Assembly (NCBI GenBank): GCA_024401455.1
Contig: JAKSLA010000011.1
Span: 1,894 to 65,893 of the forward strand
Length of the DNA stretch: 64,000 bases
Direction of reading: 5' to 3'
Origin: Paludibacteraceae bacterium
GTDB taxonomy: Bacteria; Bacteroidota; Bacteroidia; Bacteroidales; Paludibacteraceae
The position numbers were made by a program, and so were the translations under genes. Below the pieces are notes generated by a model. That model was given only the letters and a program-made list of their open reading frames with translations, searched no databases and was not told where the DNA came from. Positions 57,705-64,000 of this stretch are shown here, piece after piece. Numbering within the stretch: the stretch's first letter is position 1; each line of letters begins with the position of its first letter.

Positions 57705-57846
57705 GGATTTGCACATCTAAAAACTTTTCTATAACTTGCCAAGGATAATTGGAGAGATTGGTTGGATAGAATCAATGCTTTAAATATGCATTGGTGTTTT
57801 TTCTGGTCTCAAGTTGTTCTTGAATTGAATTTAAACAATAAAAACT

Positions 57847-58683
57847 ATGTTAGGCGCAATCATAGGCGACATTGTGGGCTCCGTTTACGAGTATGAGAAT
57901 CACAAGTCAACGGAGTTCGAATTTTTTGACGAGGAGTGTGAGTTTACGGACGACACTGTGCTTACAGTGGCGGTGGCCGATTGGCTATTGTCCGACAAGG
58001 CGTGTACCGAAGTTGAACTCCAAAAGAAATTGGTTGATTATGCAAAAAACTATATAGAAAGCGGCTACGGCCTTCATTTCTTGATGTGGATTCTCCACCC
58101 CAAAAAGGAAGTGGGGGAGGATGGTAGTCCGATAGAGGTGCGTCGTCCCTATGATTCGTATGGCAATGGGTCGGCTATGCGGTGCAGTGCAGTGGGTTGG
58201 ATGTTCGACACGTTGGAGGAGACCGAGCGGGTGGCAGCCATCTCTGCGAGTGTCACGCATAACCATCCCGAAGGCGTGAAGGGTGCGCAGGCTACAGCCG
58301 CAGCGATATTCATGGCAAGGACTGGTAGCAGCAAAGAGGAGATTCGTTCCTACATCGAATCTAAGTATGGATATGGCCTAAACTGCACCTGTGACGAGAT
58401 AAGACCGATTTATGAATATGATGTGACTTGCCAAGGTACTGTTCCGGAAGCTATCATCGCTTTTTTGGAATCAACCGACTATGAATCAGCCATTCGTCTC
58501 GGCGTAAGTTTAGGGGGAGACACCGATACGCTCTGCTGTATAACGGGAGGTATAGCCGAAGCCTACTATAAGCACATTCCGAAAGAGATGGCAGAGAAGG
58601 CTTTGTCCTATCTTCCTGAAGGCTTTGTAAGGGTCTTGCAAAAAATGAAGGAGGAGACTGTTTATGGAAAAATAGTGGGGTAG
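57847..58683 (+). CDS. ADP-ribosylglycohydrolase family protein
   Basis: 278 aa. N-terminus MLGAIIGDIVGSVYE...FTDDTVLTVAVA, then GNGSAMR and GGDTDTLCCITGGIAEA. Confidence 0.85.
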   Translation: MLGAIIGDIVGSVYEYENHKSTEFEFFDEECEFTDDTVLTVAVADWLLSDKACTEVELQKKLVDYAKNYIESGYGLHFLMWILHPKKEVGEDGSPIEVRRPYDSYGNGSAMRCSAVGWMFDTLEETERVAAISASVTHNHPEGVKGAQATAAAIFMARTGSSKEEIRSYIESKYGYGLNCTCDEIRPIYEYDVTCQGTVPEAIIAFLESTDYESAIRLGVSLGGDTDTLCCITGGIAEAYYKHIPKEMAEKALSYLPEGFVRVLQKMKEETVYGKIVG

Positions 58684-58717
58684 CACACCGTTTCCACCTA
58701 CAATCAACGTGAACCCG

Positions 58718-58767
58718 CATTCAGAGACGGTGTGCACACATTCAGAGACGGTGTGCACACCGTCTCT
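58718..58767. repeat. 21-nt tandem duplication ending in a perfect 24-nt palindrome between convergent genes (probable bidirectional terminator)
   Basis: CATTCAGAGACGGTGTGCACA occurs twice (58718-58738 and 58739-58759). The palindrome AGAGACGGTGTG/CACACCGTCTCT spans 58744-58767. Confidence 0.85.
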
Positions 58768-58855
58768 ACGGGTGAACGATGGAAATCCACATTCGTAGAT
58801 GAAAAAATGCAGCCTTGAAAAATTTGGGGGCTTATGAAGAACTAAACAGTTTCAG

Positions 58856-59191
58856 TCACTCTTCGCATAACATTTTATACAATATTTGTCTCAGTTCTTC
58901 TGCCTCTTTCGAGGATAGTTCGCCCAACTTTCCGTCAAATCTCTCTATTGACACGGTGCGGATCTGTTCACAGATTAATTCGCCAGAAACTCCATTCACC
59001 ACGCATCGCGTCCTAAATGGGAATCCTCTAACAGTGGATGTCAGCGGGACAATCGTCACGGTGCTGAGGACCTCGTTCAACTCGTCAGGCGACACAATTA
59101 CGCAAGGCCTTCTTTTTTTTTGCTCACTGCCTTTAGTGTGGTCAAGGTTGGCCCAATGTATCTCGTACTGTTTCACGTTACTCTTCTCCAT
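58856..59191 (-). CDS. PemK/MazF-family type II toxin (endoribonuclease)
   Basis: YEIHWANLDHTKGSEQKKRRPCVIVSPDELN...VTIVPLTST...CEQIRTVSIERF. I prefer the MEKSNVKQ start (59191) to the track start (59209). Confidence 0.85.
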   Translation of the reverse strand: MEKSNVKQYEIHWANLDHTKGSEQKKRRPCVIVSPDELNEVLSTVTIVPLTSTVRGFPFRTRCVVNGVSGELICEQIRTVSIERFDGKLGELSSKEAEELRQILYKMLCEE

Positions 59192-59264
59192 TCCAGGTCC
59201 ACTCTCCATTTAAATCGTCAAGTTCTTCGTCCATGCGCTCCTCGCCAAGGGCATTCAACTGCAT
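59178..59264 (-). pseudogene. 28-codon remnant (or mini-version) of an AbrB/MazE-type antitoxin containing only the acidic C-terminal tail
   Basis: Hand translation gives MQLNALGEERMDEELDDLNGEWTWNGEE. Its stop overlaps the toxin start in the typical TA coupling. The same frame upstream reads ..SEEGWKEAA but is closed by TGA and TAG stops, and no AbrB-like N-terminal domain appears in any frame. Confidence 0.4.
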
Positions 59265-59372
59265 GGCCGCCTCTTTCCATCCTTCTTCTGAATGTCCATT
59301 TGCTCATCCAATAAATCTTTGCTATTTTTGTTTTTGGAAAACTGTCGCAGAGATGACAGATTAGAGAAAAGA

Positions 59373-61805
59373 ATGGATAAGCTTAAATCGTTGATAAATA
59401 GGTGGATGGAGAATCCCGTTTGGGGTGAGGTTCGTTCCCGACTGGTCGCTCTTTGGATGTGTGTTCTTCCGAGACTGAGAAAAATGGGTTGGAAACGAGG
59501 ACTTGCCTTGGGCGTTTTTCTTGTGCTGTTCATTACTTGGCTGTTTTGCTTGCCTAAGCCGCTCTTTGCCCCTTCCTATTCGACGGTGGTGACGGATGCC
59601 AACGGAACGCTATTGGGTGCCCGTTTGGCTGACGATGGGCAATGGCGTTTCCCCGTAAGTGATTCTGTCCCTTACAAGATGGAGCGTTGCATTGTGATGT
59701 TTGAAGATCAATACTTTTGGATGCATCCCGGGGTGAATCCTGTTTCTATATGCCGAGCCATGAAGCAGAACTTTTCGGCGGGGCGTGTGGTGAGCGGCGG
59801 CAGTACGTTGACGATGCAGGTGGTCAGGAGTAGCCGTGGTCATCAAGTGCGTTCGTTTTCAGAAAAGTTTATAGAGGTGGCAATGGCGCTTCGTTTGGAG
59901 TTGACCTATTCCAAGTCTGAAATATTAAAGTTGTATCTTGATAATGCCCCTTTCGGGGGAAATACGGTGGGAATGCGTAGTGCTTCGTGGCGCTATTTTG
60001 GACGTTCGTGCGATAATCTTTCGTGGGCCGAGGCAGCGTTGTTGGCTGTCCTTCCCAATGCTCCCTCTCTGATCCACCCGGGGAAGAATCGTCAGATGCT
60101 TTTGGAGAAGCGCAACCGTTTGTTGGAGAAGTTGAAGACCGAGGGGGTTATAGATGAGGAGACGTGCGACTTGGCCCTGTCGGAGCCTTTGCCTGATAAG
60201 CCCAAATCGTTGCAGTTTGCCGCCCCTCATTTGGTGGACCGAATGAAATTGAGGAAGAGTGACCGGGTGATTCGTACGACCGTTGACTATACTTTGCAAA
60301 AACGAATGGAGGACAAGGTAAAGTATTTCCAGTCGATCTATTCTCAAAATCAGATTCAGAACATTGCTCTTATAGTGGCTGATACGCGGACGGGAAATGT
60401 CTTGGCTTATTGTGGTAATGCGGATTACAATCAGGAGGACAATAATCATGTGGATATCATTACGGCGCAGCGAAGCACCGGTAGCACGTTGAAACCTTTC
60501 CTTTTCAATGCGATGATTGAAGATGGCGAACTCTTGCCCGATATGCTTTTGGCCGACATCCCTATTCAGATAGCGGGATACCGCCCGAATAACTATGAAC
60601 GAAAGTTTGACGGCGCAGTTCCTGCCAAAGATGCCTTGGCTCGTTCACTGAATATTCCTGCTGTCTTGATGCTTCGTGAATATGGTATTCCTCGCTTTAT
60701 GGATTACCTGAAACGGATGGGTTTCACGACGATTAACCATTCTGCCGAACATTACGGATTGACCTTGATATTGGGAGGTGCGGAGAGTTCCTTGTGGGAG
60801 ATTGCGGGTGCGTATGGAAGTATGGCGCGCACGTTGATGCGTTATACGGACGCTCGTGTTTACTCGGCGGCCGATATTCATCCGTTGCGGTTGGAGCCGC
60901 GTGAGGAGGCCAAACCTCGTTTGCAGAAGGAGCCCGTGCTTTTTGAAGCGCAAGCCGTGTGGCAGACCATTAACGCCATAAAGGAGTTGAATCGTCCAGG
61001 TGTGAATTGGCGCGTTTTCTCCTCCTCTAAGTTGGTGGCGTGGAAGACGGGAACGAGTTTCGGAAACAAGGATGCATGGGCGATTGGAATGACCCCCGAC
61101 TACTTGGTGGGTGTTTGGGTGGGAAATGCCGATGGAGAGGGACGCCCGGGATTGACGGGTGTTTCGCATGCGGCACCAATCCTCTTTTCCGTCTTTAATG
61201 AGTTGCCAGCCACCACTTGGTTCCGCGAGCCGGATGGATTGACGGAGATTGAAATTTGTGCCCAAAGTGGTTACCGACGAGGCCCTAATTGTCCGGAGAT
61301 GCGCAAGGCAAAAGTCTATGAACCTCAGTTTGAAGCGCCGGCTTGCCCTTATCATAAGATTGTCCACCTTTCGCCAAATGAGCAGTATCAAGTCAATTCC
61401 TCTTGTATGTCCGTTGCCGAGATGGTACATGTGCCATGGTTTGTTCTCCCTCCGTCCATGGAGTGGTACTACAAGAAGCATAGCGTCACCTACCGTGAGT
61501 TGCCTCCTTTTATGCCCGGTTGCAATCCCGACGAGTCCACTCGCCCGATGGAGTTCATTTATCCGAAGGAGAACGGAAAGTTGTTCATACCGAAAGATTA
61601 TGACGGTAAGAAGAGCGAAGTGGTTTTTGAGGTGGCACATCGCAACAAGTCGGCGATTCTTTATTGGCATTTGGACCATGTTTATTTGGGCGAAACCTCT
61701 CAATTCCACCAAATGGGTGTGACGGCAGCCTCTGGTAAACATGTCATGACGATTGTGGATGAGGAGGGAAATATGATTTCAAAGAATTTTGAGGTTGTGG
61801 AGTGA
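59373..61805 (+). CDS. pbpC: Penicillin-binding protein 1C (bifunctional transglycosylase/transpeptidase family)
   Basis: GT51 motifs EDQYFWMHPGVNP and GGSTLTMQVV. Transpeptidase motifs STGSTLKPF (SxxK), SLN and KTGTS, followed by a long C-terminal domain. I prefer the MDKLKSLINRW start (59373) to the track start (59292). Confidence 0.85.
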   Translation: MDKLKSLINRWMENPVWGEVRSRLVALWMCVLPRLRKMGWKRGLALGVFLVLFITWLFCLPKPLFAPSYSTVVTDANGTLLGARLADDGQWRFPVSDSVPYKMERCIVMFEDQYFWMHPGVNPVSICRAMKQNFSAGRVVSGGSTLTMQVVRSSRGHQVRSFSEKFIEVAMALRLELTYSKSEILKLYLDNAPFGGNTVGMRSASWRYFGRSCDNLSWAEAALLAVLPNAPSLIHPGKNRQMLLEKRNRLLEKLKTEGVIDEETCDLALSEPLPDKPKSLQFAAPHLVDRMKLRKSDRVIRTTVDYTLQKRMEDKVKYFQSIYSQNQIQNIALIVADTRTGNVLAYCGNADYNQEDNNHVDIITAQRSTGSTLKPFLFNAMIEDGELLPDMLLADIPIQIAGYRPNNYERKFDGAVPAKDALARSLNIPAVLMLREYGIPRFMDYLKRMGFTTINHSAEHYGLTLILGGAESSLWEIAGAYGSMARTLMRYTDARVYSAADIHPLRLEPREEAKPRLQKEPVLFEAQAVWQTINAIKELNRPGVNWRVFSSSKLVAWKTGTSFGNKDAWAIGMTPDYLVGVWVGNADGEGRPGLTGVSHAAPILFSVFNELPATTWFREPDGLTEIEICAQSGYRRGPNCPEMRKAKVYEPQFEAPACPYHKIVHLSPNEQYQVNSSCMSVAEMVHVPWFVLPPSMEWYYKKHSVTYRELPPFMPGCNPDESTRPMEFIYPKENGKLFIPKDYDGKKSEVVFEVAHRNKSAILYWHLDHVYLGETSQFHQMGVTAASGKHVMTIVDEEGNMISKNFEVVE

Positions 61806-61846
61806 TTTCGTACTTTTATTCATCAATTGAATTCTAAATTTTGAGA

Positions 61847-63562
61847 ATGTTTTTTGAAAGTAAAAAAGGGGAGAGGGTATTGGTGGCATTTTTGCTCTTG
61901 CTGTTGATCCTCCCAAATATAATGGTGGCTTCTCTGTCAGAGGAGTTGGATGGTTTTTGGGTGAAGAAGATAGGCTATTTGCTCGTCTCTTCGGCCGGAC
62001 TCTTTTTGCCTGCCATCTTTCTGAAACGTAAGTCTTATTTCTTCTTCATGGGCGTGTTTAGTTTGCTCTTGGCTCCGATAGAGATGGCAAGCATATGTTT
62101 TAATCATGTCACGACCCATTTTATGATGATGGATACCCTCTTCAGCACAAATTGGCAGGAGTCGGTCGAGTTCTTCTCTTCGCTGTGGCCGATTGTCTTG
62201 TTGACTTTGGGCGTGTGGATGGGCTATTTTTTCTTGACGTTTAAGTATGTGCGGAATGAAGATTTCTTTCCGAAAAAGGTAAAGCGATATTTGCTTGTTT
62301 CGCTTCCCGTGGTCTTCCTTATCGGTTTTTTCTATTTCTTCACGTTGGCGAGGTTGCTGTTGACGAATGAGGGAACCACTATTTTGGACAATCTGTCGGA
62401 TGTGAAAGGAATGATGGAACAGAAGGTTGCTAAGGTTTTCCCGTTTGATGTCTATATGGCGACAAGTGATGTGTTGGCTCATCGTGCAGAGGTGCGCGAA
62501 TGCCAAGCGCAGTTGGCGGATTTCTCGTTCGGCATTTCCCCTAAGATGGATGATGAAGAGGAGGTTTATGTCTTGGTGATTGGTGAGGCGGCAAGGTGGC
62601 AGAACTTTGGGGTGAATGGCTACAGCCGAAATACGACCCCCAACCTTTCTCGACAAAAAAACTTGATTTCATACGACCATTTTATGACGCAGGCAAACCT
62701 TACGAGTAGGTCGGTGCCGTTAATCGTAACCAGGGCAGATGCTCAGCATCGTGAAATAGCAGCAAGGGAGAAATCGCTTTCTGAAGCTTTTGCCGAAGCG
62801 GGCTTCTTTACGGCTTGGATCAGTAGTCAAGAGTTGACCTCTTATCAGGAGCGAATCATTGCGGCTTGTGACACGAGTTTTAATTTGAACAAGACCATTA
62901 CGGGCGGTAGGAAATATGATTTGGATATGCTCCCTGCTTTTGCGTCGGTGATAAATGCGCCTGCGAAAAAGAAGTTCATCGTGGTGCATACGATGGGAAG
63001 CCATTTTAAGTACAATGAGCGCTATCCGGAAGATTCTGTTTTCTTCCGTCCAAGTTTTGATAATTCGATGGACTTCCTTTCTGCTTCGTCGGAGAATGCG
63101 GAATATTTAGTCAATGCCTATGATAATACCATTCGATATACGGATGCGTTCTTGTCGTCTCTCATTAAGAGGTTGGAGGCGAAAGGTGGTGTTTGGGCTA
63201 TGCTCTATTTGGCCGATCATGGAGAAAACCTTTATGATGACGAACGAAAATTGATACTGCACGGTACGTTGGTCGTGTCCGAGTACGAGGCTCATATTCC
63301 GTTTTTTGTGGCCTATTCGGATGGTTATCAATCCCGTTATGCCGATAAGGTGGAGAGTATAAAGGAGAACAAGGCGAAAAACATTACGTCGGGCGTGGTG
63401 TTCCACTCCTTGCTTGATATGGCAGGCATCCAATCGGATGTGGTAGTGGATTCACTTTGTATCGGAAAAAACAAGTTGGTTGATTTAGCCAATTCCTATG
63501 TCTTAAACGGAAATATGGAACCAATCTTCTTTGATTTCAAGCAGTTGGAAAATGTAAAGTAG
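61847..63562 (+). CDS. Phosphoethanolamine transferase (EptA/LptA-like, sulfatase superfamily)
   Basis: The N-terminal region has 5 TM segments. Sulfatase-domain motifs include VLVIGEAARWQNFGVNGYSRNTTPNL, HTMGSHFKYNERYP, YDNTIRYTD and LADHGE. Confidence 0.8.
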   Translation: MFFESKKGERVLVAFLLLLLILPNIMVASLSEELDGFWVKKIGYLLVSSAGLFLPAIFLKRKSYFFFMGVFSLLLAPIEMASICFNHVTTHFMMMDTLFSTNWQESVEFFSSLWPIVLLTLGVWMGYFFLTFKYVRNEDFFPKKVKRYLLVSLPVVFLIGFFYFFTLARLLLTNEGTTILDNLSDVKGMMEQKVAKVFPFDVYMATSDVLAHRAEVRECQAQLADFSFGISPKMDDEEEVYVLVIGEAARWQNFGVNGYSRNTTPNLSRQKNLISYDHFMTQANLTSRSVPLIVTRADAQHREIAAREKSLSEAFAEAGFFTAWISSQELTSYQERIIAACDTSFNLNKTITGGRKYDLDMLPAFASVINAPAKKKFIVVHTMGSHFKYNERYPEDSVFFRPSFDNSMDFLSASSENAEYLVNAYDNTIRYTDAFLSSLIKRLEAKGGVWAMLYLADHGENLYDDERKLILHGTLVVSEYEAHIPFFVAYSDGYQSRYADKVESIKENKAKNITSGVVFHSLLDMAGIQSDVVVDSLCIGKNKLVDLANSYVLNGNMEPIFFDFKQLENVK

Positions 63563-63643
63563 GGCCCTTTTGAAGTCGAACGCCTTGTCGGGAAAGTGAT
63601 GGACGGAAATGGGGTGAAAACTAATGTATAATAAGAAAGCATT

Positions 63644-64000
63644 ATGTGGGTAGAAGGAAGTGAAATAGAAATTAAGCCGAGAAAAAGTAGAATTGTTCAT
63701 ATCTCTGTCCTTTCATGTATTGGAATTGGCTTTCTGTTGTTGATTTTGAATAAAACAGTGACAGGAGTTTGGCTTTGGGTTTGGAATATATCATTGCCAT
63801 CCCTTTGGGCTCTCTGTGTCTATTTTGTGATGAATCTTCCCATTGTAACTATAGGAAGAAAAGGAATCGGTTTTGGGAAGAAAAAATTGTATGAATGGAA
63901 GAATATAAAACATGCCTTCCTGATAAAATATAACAATAAGTATCATTCTGTCCATTTCAATGTTGTATATGATGATGATAAAGGAATCCAGAAAGAAGCT
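63644..64000 (+). CDS. Hypothetical membrane protein, truncated by the window end
   Basis: ATG at 63644 and open to nt 64000 (119 codons). Two hydrophobic segments: VHISVLSCIGIGFLLLIL and SLWALCVYFVMNLPIV. Confidence 0.45.
   Translation, partial: MWVEGSEIEIKPRKSRIVHISVLSCIGIGFLLLILNKTVTGVWLWVWNISLPSLWALCVYFVMNLPIVTIGRKGIGFGKKKLYEWKNIKHAFLIKYNNKYHSVHFNVVYDDDKGIQKEA

Noticed and set aside
59255-59533. 92-aa minus-strand ORF as a full-length MazE antitoxin
   Set aside because: It is in a different frame from the tail that overlaps the toxin start. It has no AbrB/SpoVT-like beta-strand motif, and most of it is antisense to the pbpC 5' end.
60645-61742. 365-aa minus-strand ORF antisense to pbpC, and similarly 59925-60449 and 61937-62656 antisense to pbpC or the PEA transferase
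   Set aside because: The sense-strand genes have unambiguous catalytic motifs. The antisense ORFs are Arg/His/Leu-rich with no recognisable domain.

Overview
This 64-kb chromosomal window looks like a Bacteroidales genome, probably Prevotella- or Bacteroides-like. The signs are T9SS C-terminal sorting domains, a hybrid two-component system with AraC output, rpmB-rpmG-DUF4295 and lysS-gpsA-pgi synteny, and a TTTG/TAnnTTTG promoter. I support about 50 protein genes and found no rRNA, tRNA or CRISPR array by eye. The core (about 12.6-48.4 kb) is ordinary housekeeping and envelope genes: DMT transporter, beta-carbonic anhydrase, lysS, gpsA, pgi, ilvE, L28/L33, queA, TPR protein, thioredoxin, pectinesterase and several T9SS cargo proteins. 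Two stretches look AT-richer in the few lines I sampled and appear accessory. (i) 1-12.5 kb holds a tightly packed five-gene minus-strand operon next to an IS30 element. It encodes a SIR2-like/TIR protein, a STAND NTPase with a transmembrane helix and YD repeats, a 1254-aa T9SS surface protein, an OmpA-like outer-membrane protein, and a membrane protein with Rossmann (TrkA-N-like) domains. This is my best candidate for an undescribed NLR/TIR-type conflict system wired to the cell envelope. (ii) 48.4-59.3 kb holds a radical-SAM/SPASM maturase with a PqqD-like domain. It is flanked by two unannotated candidate precursor peptides, one a 38-aa three-Cys peptide missing from the ORF track, followed by an amidohydrolase and a membrane protein. 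The same stretch has an ATPase/PD-(D/E)XK gene bracketed by ~300-bp direct repeats, and a MazF toxin whose antitoxin is reduced to a 28-codon tail. Other points worth a second look are a vWA plus short divergent adenylosuccinate-synthetase-like gene pair, an inverted-repeat-bounded 198-bp element upstream of a lipoprotein gene, and a dispersed hairpin repeat family. All domain calls come from motif reading by eye, with no searches run.
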